From: Lactobacillus sp.
GTDB taxonomy: Bacteria > Bacillota > Bacilli > Lactobacillales > Lactobacillaceae
NCBI GenBank assembly: GCA_014803905.1
Contig: JAAVAW010000023.1
Span: forward strand, 16,584-49,059
DNA length: 32,476 nucleotides
Direction of reading: 5' to 3'
Part shown: positions 20,351 to 30,034 of the stretch, piece by piece
Position numbering within the stretch: position 1 is the first letter of the stretch
How the letters are laid out: each line of letters starts with the position of its first letter
Notes under the pieces: model-generated
What the model was told of the DNA's origin: nothing
Database searches by the model: none
Seen by the model: the letters and a program-made list of their open reading frames with translations, nothing else
Translations under genes and position numbers: made by a program

Positions 20351-21739
20351 TTACTTAGTATTTAATTCCTCTATAAATTTAACAAAATAATCTCCACGTT
20401 GTTCAAAAGTATTAAACTGATCCCATGATGCACAAGCAGGTGAAAATAGAATTACATCTCCTTCATCACTTACGTCATAAGCACGTGGTACTGCTTCTTG
20501 CAGAGTATTTACAATAATAATATCTTTATCCTTTAGGCCTGCTTTTCTAGCAGCATCCGCTAATAGGTATTTGGTTTCTCCATATAAAACAGCGCTCTTA
20601 ACGTGCTCTTTAATCAAGGGTACTAAATCATCAAAAGTAAATCCACGATCTAGTCCACCAGCAATCCAAATCTCTGGCACCTTAAATGATGGAATTGCAA
20701 CACTTGCCGCTTCAATGTTAGTGGATTTAGAATCATTATAAAATCTTCGTTTATTATAAGTCATAACATATTGTAATCTATGTTTAGCCCCAGTAAAAGT
20801 ACTTAAAGCAGCTTGAATATCTTCATTAGTTGCACCAAGGATTTTTGAAATAGCAATGGCTACTAAACTATTTTGTTGATTATGAATACCAGGAATTTTA
20901 ATGTCATCAATATTCATGATTTCTGCATCATCTTGGCTGGCCAAATATTTTTCACCAATAAAATAATCAGCAGTATCATCTTTTTCAGAAAACGTAATTA
21001 TTTTTGCCTTAGTAGCTTTTTTTTCTTTTTCTAAAATATCTTTTTGATCCCAATTTGCAATAAAATAATCATTTTCATCTTGAGATTGAGTAATTCTTAG
21101 TTTTGCATTTACATAATTATCAAAAGTTTTGTGATAATCCAAGTGCACATTATTATAAATATCTACAATTGCAGCAACTTTAGGTTTAATATCAGTTACA
21201 CCTAATAATTGAAAGCTAGACATCTCTACTACCAGCAAATCATTAGAAGTAGCTTTTTCTACGACCTCAGAAATTGGTACCCCAATATTCCCTACCGCAT
21301 ATGCATGGCCACCTTTTTTGCTTAAATGATGATCCATAATTTCTTGTGTAAGCATGACTGTAGTAGTTTTCCCATTTGAACCAGTTACACAAACATAAGG
21401 GGCCTCACTAGCACTCAACGCAATCTCTGGTTCTGTAATAACTGGTATTTTCATTGCCTGAGCTTGTTCAACCATAGGATTTTCGTAAGGGATTCCCGGA
21501 TTTTTTACCAAATAGTCAAAGGATTCCTTTTCAAATAAATCTACTGGATGATAACCAGAAATAACGCGTACTCCAATCTTTTCCAATTCTTGAGCTTTAG
21601 GATCATTGCTAAGGTCTTTTTTGTCATTTAAAGTTAGCTTTGCACCCAACTTCAAAAGTAACTTTGCTACTGAAAAACCACTTTTTCCCAATCCTAAAAT
21701 CAAGATATTTTTTCCGTTATATGTTTTTAATTGTTTCAT
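20351..21739 (-). CDS. murD: UDP-N-acetylmuramoyl-L-alanine--D-glutamate ligase
   Basis: GLGKSG, KNPGIP, TGSNGKTT, EMSSFQL, NDSKSTN, SPACASWDQF. Confidence 0.98.
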   Translation of the reverse strand: MKQLKTYNGKNILILGLGKSGFSVAKLLLKLGAKLTLNDKKDLSNDPKAQELEKIGVRVISGYHPVDLFEKESFDYLVKNPGIPYENPMVEQAQAMKIPVITEPEIALSASEAPYVCVTGSNGKTTTVMLTQEIMDHHLSKKGGHAYAVGNIGVPISEVVEKATSNDLLVVEMSSFQLLGVTDIKPKVAAIVDIYNNVHLDYHKTFDNYVNAKLRITQSQDENDYFIANWDQKDILEKEKKATKAKIITFSEKDDTADYFIGEKYLASQDDAEIMNIDDIKIPGIHNQQNSLVAIAISKILGATNEDIQAALSTFTGAKHRLQYVMTYNKRRFYNDSKSTNIEAASVAIPSFKVPEIWIAGGLDRGFTFDDLVPLIKEHVKSAVLYGETKYLLADAARKAGLKDKDIIIVNTLQEAVPRAYDVSDEGDVILFSPACASWDQFNTFEQRGDYFVKFIEELNTK

Positions 21740-21772
21740 TTAATTACAACTCCAAATAAACTAATCAATAAT

Positions 21773-22732
21773 CTAGTAAATAAAGATTAAGTAGATCGCA
21801 CTACCAATTAAGCCTACAATCCAGAAAACAATATCTACTTTCCATTCGGACCAACCAAGCATTTCAAAATGGTGATGAATCGGTGTCATTTTAAAAATTC
21901 TTTTTCCTGTAGTCTGAAAGGAAATCACCTGCATGATAACACTAAGTGTTTCTCCTACAAATACAATTCCAATAAGAAGTAATGACCATGGATGATGTAA
22001 ATAAATAGAAACTGCGGCTAATCCTCCACCTAAAGCTAATGAACCCGCATCTCCCATAAATATTTTGGCAGGTTTGTGATTATAAATAATAAATGCTACG
22101 AGTCCACCAATCACACTACAAGTGAAGATTAGAATTGCCCATGCTTTTTGTTCATAGGCCATGTAAGCATACGTGCCATACGCAATAATTGATAATCCTG
22201 TTGCAAGACCATCTAAACCATCAGATAAATTAACCGCATTTGAAAATCCAACAAGCCAGAACAATACAAAAATAGTAAAAATAACTGCACTTTTTACCAT
22301 TCCTACAAACGGAATATAAAGTTCAAATGGAAAATTATCAGAGACTGCAATAATAATAATAAGTGCTGCAATAATAATTTGACCTAATAACTTTTGCCAA
22401 GCTCGCAGTCCTAAATTGCGTTTAAAGTATAATTTAAGGCCATCATCCAAAAAACCAATTATCCCATACCCAAAAAAGGCAATAATTAGTACCCATAAAC
22501 TTTTATTTAGGTTATGTTGCCAAAGAGCCACCCAAAGTGACGAGATAATACTTGATAAAACAAATACTACTCCTCCCATTGTAGGGGTTCCTGATTTTTT
22601 CTCATGCCATTTTGGACCTTCATCTCTAATTTGTTGCCCTTCATGATGCATTACCATAAACCCAATAAATAAAGGGAGGGTAATTACTGCTAACACAAAG
22701 CTTGATGTAAATGGTATCAAACTATATTGCAT
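21773..22732 (-). CDS. mraY: Phospho-N-acetylmuramoyl-pentapeptide transferase
   Basis: [42 protein letters not shown]. Confidence 0.98.
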   Translation of the reverse strand: MQYSLIPFTSSFVLAVITLPLFIGFMVMHHEGQQIRDEGPKWHEKKSGTPTMGGVVFVLSSIISSLWVALWQHNLNKSLWVLIIAFFGYGIIGFLDDGLKLYFKRNLGLRAWQKLLGQIIIAALIIIIAVSDNFPFELYIPFVGMVKSAVIFTIFVLFWLVGFSNAVNLSDGLDGLATGLSIIAYGTYAYMAYEQKAWAILIFTCSVIGGLVAFIIYNHKPAKIFMGDAGSLALGGGLAAVSIYLHHPWSLLLIGIVFVGETLSVIMQVISFQTTGKRIFKMTPIHHHFEMLGWSEWKVDIVFWIVGLIGSAIYLIFIY

Positions 22733-22766
22733 ACTTAAACTCCTTTAACACATGCTCTAATTTTTA

Positions 22767-24920
22767 TTATAAAGTAACACTTAATTTACTATTTTGATCA
22801 ATAACCTGATCTTTGGGGGTATTTTGAGAAACCACTTTATTTCCTTCACCTGAAATTGTAATTGGAATCCCAGTTATCGAACTGAAGCTCATTACTTCAT
22901 CTTTACTCCAGCCTTTCATATCAGGACACTTTATTGTGCCTCCTGTATATAAAAGAACTTTACTTCCGTTATTTACTTTTACACCGGCGTCGGTTCCTTG
23001 TCGAATAACTGACTTTCCATCACCAATTACTTCAGTAGATAAGCCCTTCTCACCCAGACTATTTTTCGCACTCCTTAAACTCTTATTAGTTACATCAGGT
23101 ACTGCTACCCTTGTTACATTAGCTTGCCCTGACGAAACACTTAGTCTATTCACTAATGGTTTAAAAATTTGTGCCAAAATCAATTCTGGATCATCAGTCA
23201 TTTTTTGTGGTTGACGCATTGTTATATAAACACAATAGCGCGGATGATTTGCTGGGGTTAATCCTACTACAGAAAAAATATAATTATTATCTCCAGTAAG
23301 ATATCCTCCGTGAGGACCGGCTACTTGCGCAGTTCCTGTTTTGACTGCTAAACTTTTACCGGAGATTTTGTATGCACGACCTGTACCATATTCTTTATTT
23401 ACTACATCTTGCATTAATTTAAGTGTTTGTTTAGTCGTCTCTTTTGAGAAGACAGGGCTACCTACCTTTTCGCGATGAAAGCTTTCTACAGTTTTTCCAT
23501 TAGGAGAAACAATTTTATCTACTAATTGTGGCTTAATCATTTGTCCATTATTTGCCAATGCACTATAAACCTGCATCATTTGCATAACATTAACATTGAC
23601 ACCTTGTCCAAATGAAGTAACAGCACCATCCAGTTTATTTTTAATATTAACTAAACCAGGATTTTCACCAGGTAGAGTTACACCAGTTGGTTCTCCAATA
23701 TGGAATTTTTTCAAATATTCTTTCCAAGTCGTATTACCAAATTCTTGTTCTAACGTTGCCATCCCCACATTGCTTGAACGAGGAAAGGCTTGTGACATTG
23801 GTATTGAACCCCAACCTGTAGTATTCCAATCATGGATTGTTGACCCATTAAGAGTTATCGAGCCTGATTTGTAATATTGATTAGGATTATAATGGCCAGT
23901 TTGAATTGCAGTTGTCATAGATAAAATTTTAAATACTGAACCTGGTTCAAATGAATCTTGGATTAAAATATTACGCCAATTTGAATCTAAACCTTTCTTA
24001 GTTTGCGGATCAAAGGTTGGACGTTGAGAAGCCGCAAGAATTTTTCCCGTTTTTACATCTTCAACTACTGCTGTCATACTCTTAGGATCATATTTACTTT
24101 GAACTTTATCTAATAAGTTCTCCATATAGGTTTGTAGTTGAGAATCGAGAGTTAAATAAATATTATCTCCATCTTCTTTTTGCTTATATACATGATTATT
24201 AGTAGGCGATTGATAATCAGCGGCATCAACAAATGATTCACGATATCCATTTTTTCCGGCCAATTGCTTATTGAAATATTGTTCAATTCCCATTGTTCCT
24301 ACCAGGGATTGGGAAGCAGAGCCCTTCTTATTACTTTGTAATTGAGCTAAACCAATAACATGAGAAGCAAATTCACCATTAGGATATAAACGCGAACTTG
24401 TTTCTTCAAATTTGATCCCAGGTAATTTCATAGCTTCAATTTTATTTTTTTGTTCTAAACTTAATCCAGCTCCGCCTGCACCAAATTCCACCTGGTAAGC
24501 ACTGTGTTTTGGATTTAAGTAAGATAATATTTTTTTCTCACTTAAAGGTAAAACTTCGGCCAACTTTGTAGCGGTTTTTTCCTTATTTGTTACATACATG
24601 GGGCGATTTTTATAATCCACCGAGCTTTTATCTAAAATTGCATATACGGTATAAGTGTGAGAATCTTCAGCAATTACTGACCCATTGTGATCATAAATTG
24701 TGCCACGAGTTGCTTTTAGAACTTCATTTCGTTTATAGAGTTCATTTGTACGCTTTCCAATATTCTGACCAGCGACATCTTTTGAAATACCTATATATAA
24801 AAATCTACCTATAAATACAAGAAAAACCAAAGCCAGAACTATTTGGAGAACTCTCCCCACCGTAAAACGGTAGCTGTGGGCTTTGGATCTATTCTTGTTC
24901 AAATTATTGAAATTTTTCAT
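22767..24920 (-). CDS. pbpB: Class B penicillin-binding protein (FtsI/PBP2B/PBP2x type) with two PASTA domains
   Basis: RGTIYD, RLYPNG, EPGSVFK (SxxK), SSN (SxN), KTGTAQ, C-terminal VPDV../CPDMKGW PASTA repeats. Confidence 0.93.
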   Translation of the reverse strand: MKNFNNLNKNRSKAHSYRFTVGRVLQIVLALVFLVFIGRFLYIGISKDVAGQNIGKRTNELYKRNEVLKATRGTIYDHNGSVIAEDSHTYTVYAILDKSSVDYKNRPMYVTNKEKTATKLAEVLPLSEKKILSYLNPKHSAYQVEFGAGGAGLSLEQKNKIEAMKLPGIKFEETSSRLYPNGEFASHVIGLAQLQSNKKGSASQSLVGTMGIEQYFNKQLAGKNGYRESFVDAADYQSPTNNHVYKQKEDGDNIYLTLDSQLQTYMENLLDKVQSKYDPKSMTAVVEDVKTGKILAASQRPTFDPQTKKGLDSNWRNILIQDSFEPGSVFKILSMTTAIQTGHYNPNQYYKSGSITLNGSTIHDWNTTGWGSIPMSQAFPRSSNVGMATLEQEFGNTTWKEYLKKFHIGEPTGVTLPGENPGLVNIKNKLDGAVTSFGQGVNVNVMQMMQVYSALANNGQMIKPQLVDKIVSPNGKTVESFHREKVGSPVFSKETTKQTLKLMQDVVNKEYGTGRAYKISGKSLAVKTGTAQVAGPHGGYLTGDNNYIFSVVGLTPANHPRYCVYITMRQPQKMTDDPELILAQIFKPLVNRLSVSSGQANVTRVAVPDVTNKSLRSAKNSLGEKGLSTEVIGDGKSVIRQGTDAGVKVNNGSKVLLYTGGTIKCPDMKGWSKDEVMSFSSITGIPITISGEGNKVVSQNTPKDQVIDQNSKLSVTL

Positions 24921-25285
24921 TAACGTACATTCCTAATGTTACTTTCAATGAGGCGTAAGCCCTCTTGTTTAGCAATTTTATTCATTCGTGTTGATGAAGT
25001 TAATTCACCAATTTCCTGACGTAAATCTGTATTTTTATTTTGCGTTGAGATAACGCTTTGCTCAGAATCCGTCAAATTATGTTGGGCATTAGTAGTAGAA
25101 ATACTACCAGATACGAGTAAAATCATCATCGTTAACGTAATTAAACTTCCTATAACTAATAGAGTTTTTTCTAAACGGTTTAAAGGCACGTTCTTAGGAT
25201 TAAGAACTATTTTCTTTTGTGGATGCTTCGGCTTTTGAATGATTGGTTCTTGATAATTTACTCTTTTTGCCGCGCTATCAGCCAT
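24920..25285 (-). CDS. ftsL: Cell division protein FtsL (start reassigned to ATG at 25285)
   Basis: SD AAGGAGA precedes MADSAAKR. TM helix, coiled coil and C-terminal RMNKIAKQEGL. TAATG overlap with the PBP gene. Confidence 0.88.
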   Translation of the reverse strand: MADSAAKRVNYQEPIIQKPKHPQKKIVLNPKNVPLNRLEKTLLVIGSLITLTMMILLVSGSISTTNAQHNLTDSEQSVISTQNKNTDLRQEIGELTSSTRMNKIAKQEGLRLIESNIRNVR

Positions 25286-25307
25286 AATTTTCTCCTTAAA
25301 TAAATTC

Positions 25308-26255
25308 CTATAATTTTTCTGCAACCCTCAACTTAGCACTGTGTGAGCGATTATTTTCTTTTAATTCTTCACTATCAGCTACAATGGGCTTACGACTTAC
25401 TAGTCGCAATAATGGTTTTGCATCCGCAGGTGCCATTGGCATTCCTCGCGGAATTTCTACTTCAGAATACTTTTTGAAAATACTCTTTACAATTTTATCT
25501 TCGTGAGATTGAAACGTTATTACACATATTCGCCCACCAGGTCTAAGTAATTTAATAGACTCTTCAAGAGATTTTCTCAAAACATCCAACTCATTATTTA
25601 CGGCAACTCTAATTGCTTGAAACGTTTTCTTCGCTGGATGTCCTCCTGTTCTTCGGGCAAAAGCAGGAATTGCTTCTTTTATTATCTCTACTAAGTCATA
25701 TGTAGTCACAATAGGATGTTCACGTCTTTTTTCAACAATTTTACGAGCGATTTGTCTAGAGTACTTTTCATCACCATATTGATACAAAATATCACTTAGT
25801 TCTTTTTGTCCCCACGTATTAACAATTGTATATGCATCTAACTCTTGATCGCGATTCATCCTCATATCAAGCCTTGCATTATATCGATAAGAAAAACCTC
25901 GTTCCGGCTGATCAAATTGCGGAGATGAAACCCCAAGATCATAATAAATTCCATCTATACCATCGGAAAAGCCCAATTTAACTAAATCATCTTTTAAATT
26001 ACTAAAGTTATCATGAACTAATTCTAATCTTGGTTCACTGCCTACTGCTAAATTATCAGCAAAGTTTAACTTAGCTGCTTTAATAGCATAGTCATCTTGA
26101 TCAAATCCCACTAAAGTTCCTTTATCTAATTGATTAAGTAGATATCGAGCATGTCCTCCACCACCAAAAGTGGCATCTACATAAAGCCCATTCTCTTTAA
26201 GATTTAAATTTCTAATTGTTTCGTGCAAAAGCACACTATAATGCTTGAATTCCAT
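25308..26255 (-). CDS. rsmH: 16S rRNA m4C1402 methyltransferase RsmH (MraW)
   Basis: HYSVLL, VDATFGGGGH, DLGVSSPQ, RGFSY, LDMRM, FQAIRVAVNNEL, SAKLR. Confidence 0.98.
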   Translation of the reverse strand: MEFKHYSVLLHETIRNLNLKENGLYVDATFGGGGHARYLLNQLDKGTLVGFDQDDYAIKAAKLNFADNLAVGSEPRLELVHDNFSNLKDDLVKLGFSDGIDGIYYDLGVSSPQFDQPERGFSYRYNARLDMRMNRDQELDAYTIVNTWGQKELSDILYQYGDEKYSRQIARKIVEKRREHPIVTTYDLVEIIKEAIPAFARRTGGHPAKKTFQAIRVAVNNELDVLRKSLEESIKLLRPGGRICVITFQSHEDKIVKSIFKKYSEVEIPRGMPMAPADAKPLLRLVSRKPIVADSEELKENNRSHSAKLRVAEKL

Positions 26256-26260
26256 AATTA

Positions 26261-26692
26261 TTATATCTCGATGTCATCCAAGTCCTCAGCGATGTCGTCA
26301 TAATTTTCGTTGGCATCATCAGCAAAACTATTCCACCGATCTTCTGACCAAATTTCAATTCGATCAGATACACCAACAATTACACATTCCTTATCTAATT
26401 CGGCATGCTCTTTTAGTGTCAAAGTCAGGTTGACACGTCCTTGCTTGTCGAATTCAGTTTCCATCGCTCCTGAGTAGAAGAGGCGCGTAAATTTACGTGC
26501 GCTTCTCTTTGTCAGAGGAAGTTTGGCTAACTTAGCTTCAATTTTTTGCCATTCTTGAATAGGATAACCAAAAATACAGCCTTCCATTCCACGAGTGAAC
26601 ACAACTTTTTCACCAATCTCTTCACGAAACTTGGCCGGAATAATTAATCGACCTTTACTGTCAAGATTATGATGATATTCACCCATGAACAT
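26261..26692 (-). CDS. mraZ: dcw transcriptional repressor MraZ
   Basis: MFMGEYHHNLDSKGRLIIP, DKQGRV, RIEIW. Confidence 0.98.
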   Translation of the reverse strand: MFMGEYHHNLDSKGRLIIPAKFREEIGEKVVFTRGMEGCIFGYPIQEWQKIEAKLAKLPLTKRSARKFTRLFYSGAMETEFDKQGRVNLTLTLKEHAELDKECVIVGVSDRIEIWSEDRWNSFADDANENYDDIAEDLDDIEI

Positions 26693-26720
26693 GGTCTAGC
26701 CCCCTTTCCAAGTTATAATT

Positions 26721-26746
26721 TACCACACTTCCCCACTCTCTACCAC
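26721..26746 (-). promoter_or_regulatory. MraZ binding repeats (3 x GTGG, 10-bp period)
   Basis: Minus strand GTGGTAgagaGTGGGGaagtGTGGTA about 30 nt upstream of the mraZ ATG. Confidence 0.8.
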
Positions 26747-26795
26747 AAAGTTTCCAATTTTTTTAAAATTTAGTATATTTATTATAAAAAAATGC

Positions 26796-26835
26796 AAAAA
26801 AAGACTCTACAAATCTTCTTTGTAGAGCCTTTTTT
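26796..26835 (-). terminator. Terminator after DUF3397, insulating the dcw promoter
   Basis: aaaaaaagactctacaaa / tttgtagagcctttttt inverted repeat. Confidence 0.8.
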
Positions 26836-26857
26836 CTTTCAATCCTAATAGTGGGGA

Positions 26858-27193
26858 TTATAGCAAAACAACAATTACTAAACCTATATACCAAAAAATG
26901 GAACAAATTGTTAAATAATTCCATAGTGTATGGAAAGTTTTGTTCATTGATATGTTTTTATTTTGAATCGCTATTTTAATCGTAATAATCAAAACCAGTA
27001 TAAAATATAGTAGAAAACCATACGGTAAAAATGATGGTTTATGCTTTAGTGAAGTTATCAATTGACATGCGGGAATAAAAAAGAAGGGCAAGATATCATA
27101 CCCCTTAAATTTTGCCTTTGGAAAAACCCTGACAACAAATATATCAAGGGCCAGTCCCAATAGTGGTAATAAAAAAATCCATAAAATCTGCAT
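26858..27193 (-). CDS. DUF3397-like membrane protein (probable start 27193; ORF track start 27205)
   Basis: Four hydrophobic segments, D(I)LP.F and SFLPY motifs, upstream of mraZ. GGAGG lies 5 nt before the ATG at 27193. Confidence 0.7.
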   Translation of the reverse strand: MQILWIFLLPLLGLALDIFVVRVFPKAKFKGYDILPFFFIPACQLITSLKHKPSFLPYGFLLYFILVLIITIKIAIQNKNISMNKTFHTLWNYLTICSIFWYIGLVIVVLL

Positions 27194-27252
27194 AATTTCC
27201 TCCATTTATTCACATCTAATTTTACCCTACTTTTCTCTTTTAAAATATATAA

Positions 27253-27281
27253 TTGCAAAAGTTTAATTGCTAGATTAAAAT
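27253..27281 (+). promoter_or_regulatory. Sigma-70 promoter for the small + strand ORF
   Basis: TTGCAA-17 nt-TAAAAT followed by SD AGGAGG at 27293-27298. Confidence 0.7.
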
Positions 27282-27304
27282 TAGAACTATTTAGGAGGCT
27301 TTAT

Positions 27305-27427
27305 ATGCGTAGAAAGAAGAAAAAAAAATCTGGTTTTCAAAAATTAACTATTGCTATGGCTTGGCTAATGGCAGCAATTACTTTAATCGGAGTCGTTGCT
27401 ACGGCAATTACATATTTAATACAATAA
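27305..27427 (+). CDS. 40-aa membrane peptide, DUF4044-like (absent from ORF track)
   Basis: MRRKKKKKSGFQKLTIAMAWLMAAITLIGVVATAITYLIQ with strong SD, own promoter and terminator. KKKSxFxKxT..M.WLM pattern. Confidence 0.82.
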   Translation: MRRKKKKKSGFQKLTIAMAWLMAAITLIGVVATAITYLIQ

Positions 27428-27456
27428 AAAAGGAAGTTGTTCAACTTCCTTTTTTT
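27426..27456. terminator. Bidirectional terminator between the small ORF and mreD
   Basis: aaaaaaggaagttg-tt-caacttccttttttt. Confidence 0.88.
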
Positions 27457-27458
27457 AT

Positions 27459-27995
27459 TTAAAAATAATTTCTTTGATTCTCTAAGAATGGATATTTATC
27501 AATTAAGTTAATCCAAAATGTATAACTTAAAAAATAAATTAACATACATACTATCCAACTCGGTACAATACTCAATAAAAATGAACTTAATGTAGGTTGT
27601 TGGGTTCCCACAATTATATACATCATAAACACATAAAAAGAAACGAATAAATAAGAAACAAGACATATAATCAATCTAAACCAGAAGGTTTCCGGTAAAA
27701 ATCGAGCCAATTTTTGAAGAATAAAACATAAGAGAGGGAAAGCTACTGTATACACGCCAAGATAGCCAAAATAAAACATATCTGCTAGTATTCCAATTCC
27801 TAATGCTAACCACATATTATTAATGTTTAAGTCATTACGTAAAGCTATTAAAGTAATTCCAACCACTGAAAACCAACAGGCCGCACCAAAATCAGGATGA
27901 AATATAATTTTCTGAAAAGCCCATGCTAAAGAGCCATCAAGAATCATAGTTAAAAATAAGGCAATCCCAATGTACCATCTTTTTACAGTAGTCAT
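27459..27995 (-). CDS. mreD: Rod shape-determining protein MreD
   Basis: Polytopic membrane protein with GILADMFYFGYLGVY motif. TAATG-coupled to mreC. Confidence 0.88.
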   Translation of the reverse strand: MTTVKRWYIGIALFLTMILDGSLAWAFQKIIFHPDFGAACWFSVVGITLIALRNDLNINNMWLALGIGILADMFYFGYLGVYTVAFPLLCFILQKLARFLPETFWFRLIICLVSYLFVSFYVFMMYIIVGTQQPTLSSFLLSIVPSWIVCMLIYFLSYTFWINLIDKYPFLENQRNYF

Positions 27996-28846
27996 TAGTC
28001 TGCCACCTTTCTTTTTATAACACTTACAACTGAAGCATCATTCAGATTACCGGCAGGCCTTATTCTAACTACATCTGATAAGCCAAAACTATCACGTGTA
28101 GTTTTTGTCACCGTACCCACTAACAAGCCTTTAGGAGAATTTCCACCCATTCCACTTGTATAAACTTCTGTTCCCTTTTTTAACTTACTAGAATCGACAA
28201 CTTGAGTAAATGCTAATTGATTTTTGCCATATACAGAAATAATTCCATGTACCTTTTTTCCATTAGTAGAACTTGCCTCTACGGAAAAACGATTGGCAGA
28301 CTTATCAGTCGAAGTAATTAATTCTACTTTAGAACTAGTAGCGTCAACTTCGATAATTCGACCAATTACTCCCTTGCCTGACATTACAGGCATATTCTTC
28401 TTAAGACCAGCTTGGGATCCTTTATTAATAATTAATAAATCAGACCAGGTATCCGGTGATCTCGATATTACACTTGCATCTACAATATCATAATCTGTAA
28501 GGGTTTCTTTAAGCTTTAAAGCATCCTTTAATTGAACATTTTCTGCTTCTAATGCATTATTACGTGCCTTAGTTTGTGAAAGACTAGTAACTTGTTGCTT
28601 TAAATGATCGTTTTCATTTTCTGCATTAACAAGTTCCTGAACACTATCTGTTCCACCAGAAATGAGACGAATAGGTAAATCGACAACTTGACTTACAATA
28701 GACATAGTATCATTGCCTAATTTTTGAATAAATATGGGAGATTTGCGATTATTACGCATTCTAACCGTTATAGAAAGCATGCTCAAAACACAAATTATAA
28801 TAATAAGAATTGTTAGTATTTTTCGGTTTTTTAAAAAATTCTTCAT
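27995..28846 (-). CDS. mreC: Rod shape-determining protein MreC
   Basis: N-terminal TM, coiled coil, VISRSPDTW, INKGS..G, VYTSGMGGNSPKGLLVG. Confidence 0.95.
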   Translation of the reverse strand: MKNFLKNRKILTILIIIICVLSMLSITVRMRNNRKSPIFIQKLGNDTMSIVSQVVDLPIRLISGGTDSVQELVNAENENDHLKQQVTSLSQTKARNNALEAENVQLKDALKLKETLTDYDIVDASVISRSPDTWSDLLIINKGSQAGLKKNMPVMSGKGVIGRIIEVDATSSKVELITSTDKSANRFSVEASSTNGKKVHGIISVYGKNQLAFTQVVDSSKLKKGTEVYTSGMGGNSPKGLLVGTVTKTTRDSFGLSDVVRIRPAGNLNDASVVSVIKRKVAD

Positions 28847-28867
28847 TTATCTATTAATTCTAATAAT

Positions 28868-28891
28868 AAAAGCCGGCTAATTGCCGGCCTT
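28868..28891 (-). terminator. GC-rich hairpin (terminator or attenuator) between mreB and mreC
   Basis: Minus strand aaggccggc-aatta-gccggctttt immediately after the mreB stop. Confidence 0.55.
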
Positions 28892-28893
28892 AA

Positions 28894-29895
28894 TTACTTT
28901 CCTCTACGCATTACTTCAATATTTTTAAGTGATTCACCAGTACCTACAGCAACACAATCAAGTGGATCTTGCGCAATAAAGACAGGAACTTTAGTAGCAT
29001 CAGAAATAACTTCAGGTAGATTCTTAAGTAAAGCACCTCCACCAGTTAAAATAATACCATGGTCAATAACATCTGCAGCAATCTCTGGAGATGTTTCTTC
29101 AAGAGTTTCTTTGATTGCAACAATGATATTTTGAACTACTTCTTGGAGAGATTTTGCAACATCAACTGCATTTACATCAATAGACTTTGGTAAGCCAGTA
29201 ACTAAGTCACGTCCACGAATATTCATAGATTCTATTTCTTCAGCCTTTTCAACTGATGCAGAACCAATTTGTATTTTAATTGCTTCAGCAGTACGTTCTC
29301 CAATTAATAGGTTAAAGTTTTGATGGATATAAGTTGCAATTGCGCTATTAAACTTATCACCTGCCATACGAGTTGAACGGGATGAAACAATGCCACCTAA
29401 AGAAATAGTAGCAACATCGGTAGTACCTCCACCAATATCAACTACCATCGAGCCGGTTGGATCCATAACTGGAAGACCGGCACCAATAGCTGCAGCAAAT
29501 GGTTCTTCTATTACATAGGCTTCACGAGCCCCTGCGACACGAGCCGCATCAATAACTGCTCTTTTTTCCACTTCTGTTACACCAGAAGGTACACAAATCA
29601 TGGCTGCTGGTTTTGAATTACCAACTGTCTTTTCAATAAAATACTTAAGCATAGCGGCTGTAGTATCATAATCGGCAATTACTCCATCTTTCATTGGACG
29701 AATTGCTTTGATAGAAGTTGGAGTTCTACCAATCATTTCTTTAGCTTCGGAACCAACTGAAATAACTTCACCAGTCTGTGTATTCTTTGCTACTACGGAT
29801 GGTTCTCTTAAAACAATGCCTTTTCCTTCAATGTAAACAAGAGTATTGGCTGTACCTAAATCTATTCCAATATTCTTTGTCCCAAATCCAAACAC
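28894..29895 (-). CDS. mreB: Rod shape-determining protein MreB (GTG start)
   Basis: [47 protein letters not shown]. Confidence 0.98.
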   Translation of the reverse strand: MFGFGTKNIGIDLGTANTLVYIEGKGIVLREPSVVAKNTQTGEVISVGSEAKEMIGRTPTSIKAIRPMKDGVIADYDTTAAMLKYFIEKTVGNSKPAAMICVPSGVTEVEKRAVIDAARVAGAREAYVIEEPFAAAIGAGLPVMDPTGSMVVDIGGGTTDVATISLGGIVSSRSTRMAGDKFNSAIATYIHQNFNLLIGERTAEAIKIQIGSASVEKAEEIESMNIRGRDLVTGLPKSIDVNAVDVAKSLQEVVQNIIVAIKETLEETSPEIAADVIDHGIILTGGGALLKNLPEVISDATKVPVFIAQDPLDCVAVGTGESLKNIEVMRRGK

Positions 29896-29972
29896 TCTAG
29901 ATCGCTCCTTATTTTTAGTTATATTTTAGTCTTGTTAATTAATTGCTAAATTATCTGTATTTAGTCCTTGTA

Positions 29973-29981
29973 ATTATAGCA
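29973..29981 (-). promoter_or_regulatory. Extended -10 promoter for mreBCD
   Basis: Minus strand TGcTATAAT in the radC-mreB gap. Confidence 0.65.
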
Positions 29982-30034
29982 TAGAAAACAAAAACTTACC
30001 TCTTAGCCTAAATAATTTCAAAACTTTAAAAAAA

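Noticed and set aside
25286-25324. 13-aa N-terminal extension of FtsL in the ORF track
   Set aside because: Overlaps rsmH, and a strong SD precedes the ATG at 25285.
27058-27258. 66-aa minus-strand ORF overlapping DUF3397
   Set aside because: Out-of-frame overlap with the membrane gene, TTG start, no SD.
16919-29895. GTG starts on both actin homologues (ftsA, mreB)
   Set aside because: Non-ATG starts are common in Firmicutes, so this is too weak to treat as a signal.
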